Source of the DNA: Candidatus Kaiserbacteria bacterium | GTDB lineage: Bacteria; Patescibacteriota; Minisyncoccia; Phycocordibacterales; Phycocordibacteraceae | Length of the DNA stretch: 64,000 bases | Direction of reading: 5' to 3' | Assembly (NCBI GenBank): GCA_023264445.1 | Contig: JAHFMN010000002.1 | Location: 142,720 to 206,719, forward strand | Shown here: positions 43,021 through 51,393 of the stretch, in pieces | How the letters are laid out: the number at the start of each line of letters is the position of its first letter | How positions within the stretch are numbered: the stretch's first letter is position 1 | The notes under the pieces: generated by a model | The model's input: the letters and a program-made list of their open reading frames with translations, nothing else | The model's database searches: none | Told to the model about the DNA's origin: nothing | Made by a program: the position numbers and the translations under genes

Positions 43021-43202
43021 ACAGGTAGTTTACCGCCAATTGCCGGTACTGTACCGCCGCCCTAGTTGGCCGATTGGAAGCGAGCGAAAAGCATTCAAAT
43101 CATTGGAAAGCTACCCATACCGGCTCCCGTCACTAAAGAGGGAAGGAGAGGTGCGAAAGAACCTTTGGATTGCTTGTAGTGGCGGGTACAGTACCGTCTC
43201 GG

Positions 43203-43240
43203 GCAACAAGAAATGAAAACACTCGGCCTCGCGCCGAGTG
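43203..43240. terminator. hairpin terminator-like element
   Basis: aaaacactcggc-ctcgc-gccgagtgtttt perfect stem flanked by A/T runs. Confidence 0.45.
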
Positions 43241-43399
43241 TTTTCATTTCTCTGCGTGGAGAGACGGAATCGAACCGGGAAGGGGTCGGGGAACGGGAGT
43301 TCCCCGTGGAGGAAGGCAGCGAGCGGAGCGAGCGCTGGAAAACCGTGGGTTTCCAGAGAGTGAGATAGCGAAGCGTCCGGCCCCCGCAACAAGTACGAA

Positions 43400-43437
43400 A
43401 AACACCGGCTTTGTGCCGGTGTTTTTCATTACGGTAT
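43400..43437 (-). terminator. rho-independent terminator downstream of the 2-hydroxyacid dehydrogenase gene
   Basis: aaaaacaccggc-tttg-tgccggtgttttt; symmetric A/T runs. Confidence 0.55.
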
Positions 43438-44436
43438 GGTGACGATATTCGACGGTACCCCTTTCTCAAATGAAAGGATGTTTTCGGTCGTCGTGTCGAG
43501 TATTCGCTGTATCGCCTCCATCGTGTTAAATGCAGCGTGCGGCGTCACGATGACGCGCGGGTGGTCGATGAGATAATGGTCGGCGACCACAGTCCGCACC
43601 TTCTCGTCCTCTGGCTTTGTGGAAAGAAACACTGCTTCATCGGCAAGGCCGTTCTCTTCTTCTAGTACATCGAGGCCTGCACCCGCGACAATACCAGACT
43701 TGAGCGCCTCGACGAGCGCTGCAGTCTCGACGACGGCGCCGCGTGCGGTATTGATGAGATAGGAACCTTTCTTGAACGAGCTGATATTTTTCGCGTTGAT
43801 GAGATGGTGCGTGTGCTCGTTGTACGGGACGTGAATGGTCACGATGTCGGACGTGGCGAGAAGCTCTTCAAGGGAGAGATAGGGGAAATCGAGCGTGTGG
43901 GCAAGCTCCGCATTAGGGAATGCGTCAAAACCGACGACCTTCATATTGAATCCTTTCGCCATGCGGATGACGTGCGCACCGATGTGGCCAGTACCGACAA
44001 CCCCGATGGTTTTCCCAGCGAGATCAAAACCACGCAGTCCGGCAGGAGAGAATATCCCATCCTCGCGCACGCGCTCGTCTGCATCAATGATCCGTCTTGA
44101 GAGCGCGAGCAGGAGCGCGAAGGTGAATTCGGCGACGGTGTTTTCGCCATAGAAGGGAACGGTTGCAACCGAGATGCCGCGCGCCTTCGCCGCCGCGAGG
44201 TCGATGTGGTCGTACCCGGTGGAGCGGGTCGCGATGAGTTTCAATTTCGGGAAGCGCGCGAGCTCCGGCTCGCCGATAGGGGAGTCTATAAAAATGCATA
44301 GCCCTTCCGCATCTGGGTCTGCAAGATCCGGGAAGGCCCCAAGCGTCCCTTCATGAAAAACAATCTCCGCACCAGTGAGTTTCGTGCGGATGTACCCCTC
44401 CTCCCATGCCTCGCTCCCAAAGTAATGAATCTTCAT
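43429..44436 (-). CDS. D-isomer-specific 2-hydroxyacid dehydrogenase (D-lactate/glycerate dehydrogenase-like)
   Basis: NAD-binding GVVGTGHIGAHV, catalytic R/E/H triad context (TARG ... HAAF). Confidence 0.85.
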   Translation of the reverse strand: MKIHYFGSEAWEEGYIRTKLTGAEIVFHEGTLGAFPDLADPDAEGLCIFIDSPIGEPELARFPKLKLIATRSTGYDHIDLAAAKARGISVATVPFYGENTVAEFTFALLLALSRRIIDADERVREDGIFSPAGLRGFDLAGKTIGVVGTGHIGAHVIRMAKGFNMKVVGFDAFPNAELAHTLDFPYLSLEELLATSDIVTIHVPYNEHTHHLINAKNISSFKKGSYLINTARGAVVETAALVEALKSGIVAGAGLDVLEEENGLADEAVFLSTKPEDEKVRTVVADHYLIDHPRVIVTPHAAFNTMEAIQRILDTTTENILSFEKGVPSNIVTIP

Positions 44437-44530
44437 GTCGTACCAGTATACCGTACACCCATTCGTGTCTGGGATGCTACAGAACGGGGGACTTGCTTTT
44501 TTATTATATATGTGATATAGTGCACCCGGC

Positions 44531-44554
44531 GGTATTCGGGAGTTTCCGAATACC
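44531..44554 (+). promoter_or_regulatory. 9-bp inverted repeat GGTATTCGG-N6-CCGAATACC upstream of the 44586 gene (candidate operator)
   Basis: Perfect palindrome arms about 30 nt upstream of the ATG, just upstream of the RBS GGAGG. Confidence 0.3.
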
Positions 44555-44585
44555 TTTGGACTTTTAACGCTACAGGAGGTGCCAG

Positions 44586-45119
44586 ATGGCGCTCAAATCA
44601 GCGAATCAACCGATCCGCTGGAAAGAGCGAGTCGGCATCATGGCCGTCGGCCACGGTTTCAAGCAGGGAGAGGAGTTTTTCTTCGACTACATGCTTTACC
44701 CGGCCGTCATAGCCTGGCTGGGTGCGATAGTCGGCGGCCTTGCCCTCACCGTACTCTCGGCCTCCGTCTGCTATCTCTACATTCTCTTTTACGACTGGTC
44801 CAAAAAGGACTGGCTCGGTCTCGAGCTTCTGAAGGAGATGCGGGATGGAGGCGAGCATCACGGCCATATCGCACGCTTCATCCAGCGCATAGCTCGTAAG
44901 AGCGATTGGCTGGCATTCCTTGTCTTTTCTTGCTACACGGATCCGTTCATGACGACCGTGTACATGCGAAAGGGCGTTGGAGCGTACGATGGACTCTCCC
45001 GGAGAGATTGGAAAATCTTCTGGGCAAGCGTGCTTGTCGCAAACCTTTGGTGGACGACGATGATGGCGCTTGCAGTCGAGGCCGTTCGCTCAATTCTTGC
45101 TTGGCTTGGCTTCACTTAA
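44586..45119 (+). CDS. hypothetical membrane protein
   Basis: 177 aa, three or four TM helices, preceded by a good SD (ACAGGAGGT). Confidence 0.45.
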   Translation: MALKSANQPIRWKERVGIMAVGHGFKQGEEFFFDYMLYPAVIAWLGAIVGGLALTVLSASVCYLYILFYDWSKKDWLGLELLKEMRDGGEHHGHIARFIQRIARKSDWLAFLVFSCYTDPFMTTVYMRKGVGAYDGLSRRDWKIFWASVLVANLWWTTMMALAVEAVRSILAWLGFT

Positions 45120-45189
45120 TCGGCGGCGGTGTTAACGCACTGCCGCCGGTTTTCTTTTCCTCTGTTTTTGCTACGATATCTTTGTACTT

Positions 45190-45531
45190 ATGAAATCGGG
45201 GAATTGGCTTTTATGGGCCCTGCTCTTATCAGTTATAACTGTCTGCGGCGCAAGCGCATACAAGTATTTTGTTACTGAAAACTATTCTTTTTTTGTTGAA
45301 GCGGCTTGCGATTCTATAAGGCAAGAGTGTTACCAGAGAGACTGTTCCAACCCGGACGATTGTCCGCCAAACGGCCTTTCTGTGTACAAAGTATTCGAGC
45401 TTCCGGCCTCTGAATTCAAGAATTGTTCCGATAACTCATGCGTCAATATTTGCCCTTCCAGGGAGCAGCAGTGCATTGAAATCCCCTGTAATTCCCAAAG
45501 CGATATATCCTGCATAGGACCACAATCATGA
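45190..45531 (+). CDS. secreted Cys-rich small protein (10 Cys), function unknown
   Basis: Signal peptide MKSGNWLLWALLLSVITVCGASA, then ten cysteines in about 85 aa. Confidence 0.45.
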   Translation: MKSGNWLLWALLLSVITVCGASAYKYFVTENYSFFVEAACDSIRQECYQRDCSNPDDCPPNGLSVYKVFELPASEFKNCSDNSCVNICPSREQQCIEIPCNSQSDISCIGPQS

Positions 45532-46346
45532 CCCATCCTCTCTCACACATCTCATTCTCATCCACAGGGGTCATACGATTCGATACGTTTGATGACCTCT
45601 ATACCGAACCACAACTCGCTCTTGCGGAGCTCCGTAAGCGGCGGAAAGACGCACAGCTCACCGATCTAGTCCATAGAGGATTGAATGGTTTTGCAAAGGA
45701 ATTTTTAAAAAGACATAGTCGTCCGCGCGCAGTGCTCTTTCGCCAGCTCGCTACCCCGACTCACGAAACTATCCGTTTCTTACGGTTGGCAAAGAATTTA
45801 GGACTCGACCCGCTTATACTGGAATACCTTGGAGATAAATTCGTCAGCACAGGCAATCGATATAAGCGTTCTCTCGGCAAAATGCCGATTTATCAGTATA
45901 CAGGTGCCGATGGGAGAGATATGTTTCGCTACAAGTCCGTATGCGACTTCAATCGATTTACGGGAAAGGCAATTTCTAGCGTAGAGTGCCATAGCGGAGA
46001 ATCGCTCGTGGCGCTTCATCACCGTCTACTGCAGTCTGTCACTAAACTTGACCCAAGGAAATATTGTATAGATGGGACGAAGTGGTTCCGAGGCGTCGGC
46101 AAAAAAGCAGAAAATTATTATGAAAATTTCCTTCGCCTATTTATACGAGACGCTGTTTTATTTGAGAGCTTCGTCCCCTTCAAAGCGGAGGGTTCGTTCA
46201 CTAATAGCATCATAGTCCCATCCTTCAAAGCTGTCTTTTCGCAGTATGGTCTCCGGCCACTTATCGTTCGTTTACTGCCTGACGTCGACGAGACACGTTT
46301 ATTTTGGGATTCTTTTCCAAAGAAAGTAGAGCAATATACACCCTAA
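45528..46346 (+). CDS. hypothetical protein
   Basis: 272-aa ORF overlapping the upstream stop by 4 nt; lower GC than the genome average. Confidence 0.45.
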   Translation: MTHPLSHISFSSTGVIRFDTFDDLYTEPQLALAELRKRRKDAQLTDLVHRGLNGFAKEFLKRHSRPRAVLFRQLATPTHETIRFLRLAKNLGLDPLILEYLGDKFVSTGNRYKRSLGKMPIYQYTGADGRDMFRYKSVCDFNRFTGKAISSVECHSGESLVALHHRLLQSVTKLDPRKYCIDGTKWFRGVGKKAENYYENFLRLFIRDAVLFESFVPFKAEGSFTNSIIVPSFKAVFSQYGLRPLIVRLLPDVDETRLFWDSFPKKVEQYTP

Positions 46347-46349
46347 GCT

Positions 46350-47966
46350 ATGGACATCAACACTTGTCTTGCTACTACAGACAGCGTCCGAAATCTTGCG
46401 ATGTATTCGCATCTCGTTCCGGCGCTCGCCACTCTTGTTCTTGGAACGTTTGCATTCACCAAAACGCAAGACCGTCTCAAGGGCTTCGCTTTCTTCACGT
46501 TCGTCCTCATATTTGCAGCATGGCTTGTCGGTGATTTCATCGTTTGGGTATCCAATAGCTATCAATTGGTCGCCACGTTCTGGGCCCCTCTGGATTATTT
46601 TGAAATAGCATTCTTCCTCTCCCTTCTTTTCTTCGTGTTCATAACCTTTTTCCCCAATAAACCCCGCTGGGGAATGTGTCTCCTCATACTCGCGGCTGTT
46701 GTAGTCCCTTTCGCTCTTACGGTAATGGGAAATTCTCTTCTTGAATTCAATCAGCCCCAATGTGAAATGCTGGAAAATGCATTTCTTACCCAATACAAAC
46801 TCATATGCCAGGGAGTCATCCTCGCCCTCATCCTCGTTATGTCCGTGTGGTCTTTCTTACGGGCGAAAGTTACTGAAGAGCGAATCCGAGCAGTACTGGT
46901 CGGAGTGTCCATCGTCCTCTTTATGGGAATCTTTGCTGGTAGCGAATATCTCTCATCAGTTACGTACGTATATGAAATCAATCTGTATGCGCTCTTCACC
47001 CTCCCGATTTTTGTCCTTATTCTGACCATTGCCATTACCAGCTATGGTACGTTCCGCCTTGGAGATACGGCCGTGAAGGCTCTATTTTATGTATTTCTCA
47101 CGCTTGCAGGTTCACAATTCTTTTCGGTAACGAATCTTACGGATTTCCTGATTTCGGCGATGAGTTTTGGGACCATTCTCATCATGGGCATCATGTTGTT
47201 TATCAGTAATGAACGGGAAATAAAGATACGTCATGAAGTAGAGCGCCTGGCCCATGAGCTCGAGCAGACGAATACGCGGCAGGAGACACTCATTCATTTC
47301 ATTGGGCATGAGGTCAAAGGGTTCCTAACCAAAGATGAAGGGGCGTTTGCCGCGCTTGTCGATGGCGACTTTGGGAAGCTCGAAGACGGTATGAAGCCGT
47401 TCGTGGAATCCGCGCTCGCGCAATCGCGTGACGGTGTGCGTTCGGTGACAGATATTCTGACGGCCGCCAATCAGAAGAAGGGAACGATAAGCTATGCAAA
47501 GGAATCCTTCGACCTGAAACAACTTGCGATGGATGCTATCGAGAAAGCGAAGTCGATGGCGGGGGAGAAGGGTCTCACGCTCTCCTTCTCGGCGGACGAG
47601 GCCGGAGCTCCGTATACCATCAGCGGAGACAAAGCAAAAATCAGCGATAATGTCTTACGAAATATCATTGAGAATTCCATACATTACACACCTTCGGGCT
47701 CCATCGCTGTCTCGCTCAAGAAAGAGAACGGCAAAATCGTATTTGCCGTGAAGGACACTGGTGTCGGTATCACAGAAGAAGATAAGAAATTGCTCTTTAC
47801 CGAGGGTGGTCATGGCAAAGAATCACAGAAGATAAACGTGCATTCCACGGGATACGGTCTCTATATCGCAAAGAACATCGTCGAAGCGCACGGGGGCACT
47901 ATCCGTGCCGAATCAGAAGGGGCAGGCAAGGGCTCGACGTTTGTTGTTGAACTACCGGCGCAATAA
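46350..47966 (+). CDS. sensor histidine kinase with N-terminal 7-8 TM sensor domain
   Basis: Many N-terminal TM helices, HisKA H-box (FIGHEVKGFL) and HATPase_c N/G1/G2 boxes (NSIHYT ... DTGVGI ... GYGLYIAKNIVEAHGG). Confidence 0.8.
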   Translation: MDINTCLATTDSVRNLAMYSHLVPALATLVLGTFAFTKTQDRLKGFAFFTFVLIFAAWLVGDFIVWVSNSYQLVATFWAPLDYFEIAFFLSLLFFVFITFFPNKPRWGMCLLILAAVVVPFALTVMGNSLLEFNQPQCEMLENAFLTQYKLICQGVILALILVMSVWSFLRAKVTEERIRAVLVGVSIVLFMGIFAGSEYLSSVTYVYEINLYALFTLPIFVLILTIAITSYGTFRLGDTAVKALFYVFLTLAGSQFFSVTNLTDFLISAMSFGTILIMGIMLFISNEREIKIRHEVERLAHELEQTNTRQETLIHFIGHEVKGFLTKDEGAFAALVDGDFGKLEDGMKPFVESALAQSRDGVRSVTDILTAANQKKGTISYAKESFDLKQLAMDAIEKAKSMAGEKGLTLSFSADEAGAPYTISGDKAKISDNVLRNIIENSIHYTPSGSIAVSLKKENGKIVFAVKDTGVGITEEDKKLLFTEGGHGKESQKINVHSTGYGLYIAKNIVEAHGGTIRAESEGAGKGSTFVVELPAQ

Positions 47967-47970
47967 AAAC

Positions 47971-48047
47971 TGCGCGAGGGACGGGACTTGAACCCGCAAC
48001 CTCCGCCGTGACAGGGCGGCGCTCTAACCAGTTGAGCTACCCCCGCA
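47971..48047 (-). tRNA. tRNA-Asp (GUC)
   Basis: Reverse complement GCGGGGGTAGCTCAACTGGTTAGAGCGCCGCCCTGTCACGGCGGAGGTTGCGGGTTCAAGTCCCGTCCCTCGCG. Anticodon loop CTGTCAC; CCA not encoded. Confidence 0.85.
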
Positions 48048-48171
48048 AGCGAGGACGAGAACAGAAGTGTACTTCCGTTCTCTCCGAGCGCGGCGGGGGC
48101 AAGCTTTGCTTACCACCGCCGTATCCTTGCGGATAAATGCATCCTATCAAAATCTCTCAAAAAAGTCGTGT

Positions 48172-48244
48172 GCCGGCGGGTGGAGTCGCGCCACCGTCTA
48201 GGGTTTATGAGTCCCTCGTTCTAACTCTTGAACTACACCGGCAA
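48172..48244 (-). tRNA. tRNA-Met/Ile2 (CAU), elongator type
   Basis: Reverse complement GCCGGTGTAGTTCAAGAGTTAGAACGAGGGACTCATAAACCCT... Acceptor GCCGGTG/CGCCGGC with G1-C72; anticodon loop CTCATAA. Confidence 0.7.
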
Positions 48245-48292
48245 TTTATTCGCCTCACTAAAGACAGTATCAAAACCTTTTCAATCAGACAA

Positions 48293-48646
48293 TCACGTTC
48301 TACCGTACCGATCTTCGAGGCGCGTAATATCGCCTTCGTCGAAATCACCGAAGGCGATTTCGAGAAAGGAGAGCCCTTCGAGGCCGCCTTCTACGCGATG
48401 TTCTGAATGGCGTGGAGAAAAGAAGCTATCGCCACTTTGAGCTGCATTGTCCTTCCCTCCGATGCGGATGGTGCCGGAGCCCTTGATGACGCGCCAGAAC
48501 TCATCGCGGTGTTCATGCGTCTGTAAGCTGATTGCTTCGCCGGCATTGACGGTCACGATTTTCACCGTCGTTTTTTCATTCAAGGTGAAGCGCTCAAAGT
48601 TTCCCCATGGGCGCTCCTCCTTCTCATAATGCGCGAGACCTTCCAT
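48293..48646 (-). CDS. cupin domain protein (mannose-6-phosphate isomerase type II C-terminal-like)
   Basis: PWGNFERF ... H.H...E.W cupin metal-binding motifs. Start chosen at internal Met MEGLAHY. Confidence 0.6.
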   Translation of the reverse strand: MEGLAHYEKEERPWGNFERFTLNEKTTVKIVTVNAGEAISLQTHEHRDEFWRVIKGSGTIRIGGKDNAAQSGDSFFSPRHSEHRVEGGLEGLSFLEIAFGDFDEGDITRLEDRYGRT

Positions 48647-48701
48647 GCAGCAAGTATACAACGGCTTCCGCCTCTGATGGGGAGGTGTATACTCTGGGCA
48701 T

Positions 48702-49034
48702 ATGTCATTAGAAGCACCACGTGCGAACAATCCCGAGAACCGTGTAGAAAATAGCGGAGAGGAGGCGCTACGGCTTGCCGTTACGGATTTCCTCAAAACT
48801 TTGGATACAAAGCTCTCAGTAACGAAAGTATTTACCGTGGAAGCGGACCAGAGGGATTACAACGAGGCAGAACCAGCGAGAATTATCGTCCACATCGACC
48901 ATGCGGAACATCCGACTCAGGGAGTTGTGGTACGGTTCCAAAACATGCAGCAACTGGAAAAGGAGGTGAAGGGATGGTACAACTCTCTTGTAAAACCTAC
49001 AGAGGAGCCGGAAGAATATAGAAAAGCAGCATAG
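48702..49034 (+). CDS. hypothetical protein
   Basis: 110-aa acidic ORF with good codon periodicity. Confidence 0.4.
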   Translation: MSLEAPRANNPENRVENSGEEALRLAVTDFLKTLDTKLSVTKVFTVEADQRDYNEAEPARIIVHIDHAEHPTQGVVVRFQNMQQLEKEVKGWYNSLVKPTEEPEEYRKAA

Positions 49035-49040
49035 CGTTTT

Positions 49041-49116
49041 GCCGAGATAGCTCAGTTGGTAGAGCAGCGCCATGGTAAGGCGCAGGTCGTCGGTTCAATC
49101 CCGACTCTCGGCTCCA
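49041..49116 (+). tRNA. tRNA-Thr (GGU)
   Basis: GCCGAGATAGCTCAGTTGGTAGAGCAGCGCCATGGTAAGGCGCAGGTCGTCGGTTCAATCCCGACTCTCGGCTCCA; anticodon loop ATGGTAA; CCA encoded. Confidence 0.9.
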
Positions 49117-49125
49117 TAAAATGAA

Positions 49126-49170
49126 AGCCCTTCCGTCTCCACCCGAGGGTGAGAACAGAAGGGCTTGTAG
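49126..49170 (-). terminator. terminator hairpin (conserved element, copy A)
   Basis: aagcccttc...gaagggctt stem with inner ACCCGAGGGT hairpin. On the minus strand it is followed by a T-run. Confidence 0.5.
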
Positions 49171-49181
49171 CACCGCCGGCG

Positions 49182-49302
49182 TTAGGCGGCTTCCATGACG
49201 CCGAGCGGCTGGGTCCTCTCGGGGGAGAAGTCCAGATCATTTCCGCTCTTCGGGCGACTGCCGAAATCCACTTCGATCCCGCGGTCCACGTGCTGTAGCA
49301 TG
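49182..49302 (-). CDS. small ORF (39 aa), paralogous to the 64-aa ORF downstream
   Basis: GGAG RBS 6 nt upstream of ATG. Encodes MLQHVDRGIEVDFGSRPKSGNDLDFSPERTQPLGVMEAA. Shares the (I/V)(E/D)(F/Y)G ... (D/E)LDF(S/T) pattern with the 49430..49624 product. Not in the ORF track because shorter than 60 aa. Confidence 0.3.
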
Positions 49303-49429
49303 TTAATCTCCTGAAGTGGCAGGATTGCCTGGGTGTACTATAGACTAATAGAACATATTTGTCAATAGAGACTCCAAGATCAAAACAAGAACCCTCCCAC
49401 TTGATTCACCCAAAGGTGAGCGGAAGGGT

Positions 49430-49624
49430 CTATGAGGGCGAGGCCTTTTTTCGGTCGACTTTTTGACTGGTGAAGTCAAGTTCGTCGCCGTAGTCGATTT
49501 CGAAACCATTGGCCTCGAGCGATCTTTTCAGCTCCTGGGCAACTTTATCCGTGTCTGTATCGAGTTTCTTGGCGATACTAGTTGCGCGAGACATAACCGT
49601 AGACCACGGAACCTTATTGGTCAT
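49430..49624 (-). CDS. small hypothetical protein (64 aa)
   Basis: Start at internal ATG with a GAGG RBS. Product: MTNKVPWSTVMSRATSIAKKLDTDTDKVAQELKRSLEANGFEIDYGDELDFTSQKVDRKKASPS. Followed by a terminator hairpin similar to copy A. Confidence 0.4.
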   Translation of the reverse strand: MTNKVPWSTVMSRATSIAKKLDTDTDKVAQELKRSLEANGFEIDYGDELDFTSQKVDRKKASPS

Positions 49625-49701
49625 AACGAATTCCTCTCGAACATTAAAGAGCAATCCTCATTCTAGTTTAGAACGACTTTTTATGCTAGAAATGGAATAT
49701 T

Positions 49702-49777
49702 GCCGCCTTAGCTCAGTTGGTAGAGCGACTGCATCGTAAGCAGTAGGTCCCCAGTTCAAGCCTGGGAGGCGGCTCCA
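49702..49777 (+). tRNA. tRNA-Thr (CGU)
   Basis: GCCGCCTTAGCTCAGTTGGTAGAGCGACTGCATCGTAAGCAGTAGGTCCCCAGTTCAAGCCTGGGAGGCGGCTCCA; anticodon loop ATCGTAA. Confidence 0.9.
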
Positions 49778-49800
49778 GATATTTTGCTATACTCGCCCGT

Positions 49801-50679
49801 ATGGATGAGGTGAAGGAAAAACGTTTACAAGAACTGGAAGCGCTGATGGCATCGCCGGATTTTTGGTCGGATAAGCATGCGGCCCAGGAGCTCGTGCGCG
49901 AATACCAGATGCTGAAAGAGGGAGGAGAAGGGGACCCGCACGATGCCGGCAATGCGACCCTTGCCATCCTCGCGGGCGCAGGTGGAGACGATGCTGAGGA
50001 CTTCGCGCGCATGCTTCGCCGCATGTACGAAGGGTATGCGGCGAAAAAGGGCTGGCGCGTGCGCGAACTCCACACGAATGAAAATGATCAGGGCGGATAT
50101 CGGAACGTCATGCTCGAAATAAATGGAGTGGGAGCATACGGCCGCTTGAAGCACGAGGCTGGCGTGCACCGGCTCGTGCGCCAGTCACCCTTTAATGCAA
50201 ATGCGAAGCGCCAGACGAGCTTCGCGCTCGTTGAAGTATTACCGACACTGGTCGCAAGCGACAAAGTGGAACTCAATCCAGATGACCTTGAAGTACAATT
50301 CGCTCGTTCTGGCGGTGCGGGCGGGCAGAACGTGAACAAACGCGAGACAGCGGTACGTATCATCCACAAGCCAACCAACCTTTCCGTTCACGTCTCAAGC
50401 GAGCGTAGCCAGCTAGCTAATAAGGAGAAGGCTCATGAGCTCTTGAAAGCAAAGATTTTTGCAAAAGAAGAAGCCGAGCGCGAGGCGACAGCAAAAGGCC
50501 GCTCCATCGCCGCGACGACTGCGAATGAATGGGGCAGCCAGATACGCTCCTACGTCCTTCACCCCTATAAGATGGTGAAAGACCATCGTACCGAGCATGA
50601 ATCTTCAAACCCGGAAAAGGTCCTGGAAGGCGAACTTGATCCATTTATAGACGCAGCGGAGGCGGGTGGGGTACAATAA
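49801..50679 (+). CDS. prfB: peptide chain release factor 2, N-terminally short form without the programmed +1 frameshift site
   Basis: SPF tripeptide (QSPFNAN) and GGQ motif ([11 protein letters not shown]). Starts about 35 aa into the canonical RF2 alignment; only 23 nt separate it from the upstream tRNA. Confidence 0.85.
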   Translation: MDEVKEKRLQELEALMASPDFWSDKHAAQELVREYQMLKEGGEGDPHDAGNATLAILAGAGGDDAEDFARMLRRMYEGYAAKKGWRVRELHTNENDQGGYRNVMLEINGVGAYGRLKHEAGVHRLVRQSPFNANAKRQTSFALVEVLPTLVASDKVELNPDDLEVQFARSGGAGGQNVNKRETAVRIIHKPTNLSVHVSSERSQLANKEKAHELLKAKIFAKEEAEREATAKGRSIAATTANEWGSQIRSYVLHPYKMVKDHRTEHESSNPEKVLEGELDPFIDAAEAGGVQ

Positions 50680-50688
50680 GGAACGACA

Positions 50689-51366
50689 ATGATTTATTTC
50701 GATAAGGTGACGAAGCAGTACGGAGATACGATTGCACTCGAAGGAGTCACTCTCTCTGTCGCCCCCAAAGAATTCGTCTCCATCGTCGGCCACTCGGGCG
50801 CAGGGAAGACAACGCTTCTGAAACTTCTCCTCGCTGAAGAACGTCCCACCGACGGCTCTGTGTTTTTTGAATCAATAGACGTGAACGACCTGCCGAGCTC
50901 GGCATTGCACCACTACCGGCGCAAGATCGGTATGGTATTCCAAGATTTTCGTCTTATCCCGAACAAAACTGCGTATGAAAACATCGCGTTTGCGATGGAG
51001 GCCGCAGGCCGCAATGACGACGAGATCGCAAGCGACGTCCCCTACATCCTCGAATTGGTAAATCTTGCCGAAAAAGCAAGCCATTTTCCCGACCAACTCT
51101 CCGGCGGCGAGAAGCAACGCATCGCCATCGGCCGAGCCATCATCAATCAGCCGGACCTCATCGTTGCCGACGAGCCAACCGGCAACCTCGACCCCATCAA
51201 TACCTACGAAATCGTTGAAATCCTCAAAAAGATAAACGAGCTCGGGACCACCATTGTCATCACCACCCACAATAAGGGCGTTGTCGATGCTATAGGCAAG
51301 CGGGTGGTGACGATTGATCGAGGTCGCGTCGTCCGCGACGATGCGAGTGGAAAATATATCCTATGA
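50689..51366 (+). CDS. ftsE: cell division ATP-binding protein FtsE
   Basis: Walker A GHSGAGKTT, signature LSGGEKQRIAIGRA, Walker B LIVADEPT; followed by ftsX. Confidence 0.85.
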   Translation: MIYFDKVTKQYGDTIALEGVTLSVAPKEFVSIVGHSGAGKTTLLKLLLAEERPTDGSVFFESIDVNDLPSSALHHYRRKIGMVFQDFRLIPNKTAYENIAFAMEAAGRNDDEIASDVPYILELVNLAEKASHFPDQLSGGEKQRIAIGRAIINQPDLIVADEPTGNLDPINTYEIVEILKKINELGTTIVITTHNKGVVDAIGKRVVTIDRGRVVRDDASGKYIL

Positions 51367-51393
51367 GAGGGCAGCTGATATACTGACCAACGT

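Larger units (their letters stand above)
41508..43381. mobile_element. about 1.9 kb AT-rich island inserted at the tmRNA 3' end, bounded by a 16-nt direct repeat; degraded (no integrase)
   Basis: TCCGGCCCCCGCAACA at 41492-41507 (tmRNA 3' end) is repeated exactly at 43366-43381. GC drops between them. Three ORFs of unknown function lie inside. Confidence 0.45.

Noticed and set aside
43251-43290. GGAATCGAACC looked like a minus-strand tRNA T-loop
   Set aside because: The flanking sequence cannot form T-stem or acceptor pairings, so there is no tRNA.
43095-43469. ORFs (124, 93, 90, 61 aa) in the 43.1-43.4 kb region
   Set aside because: The region is the att-repeat and terminator-rich right junction of the ssrA island, with several hairpins and no coding periodicity. 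The translations are Arg/Pro-rich.
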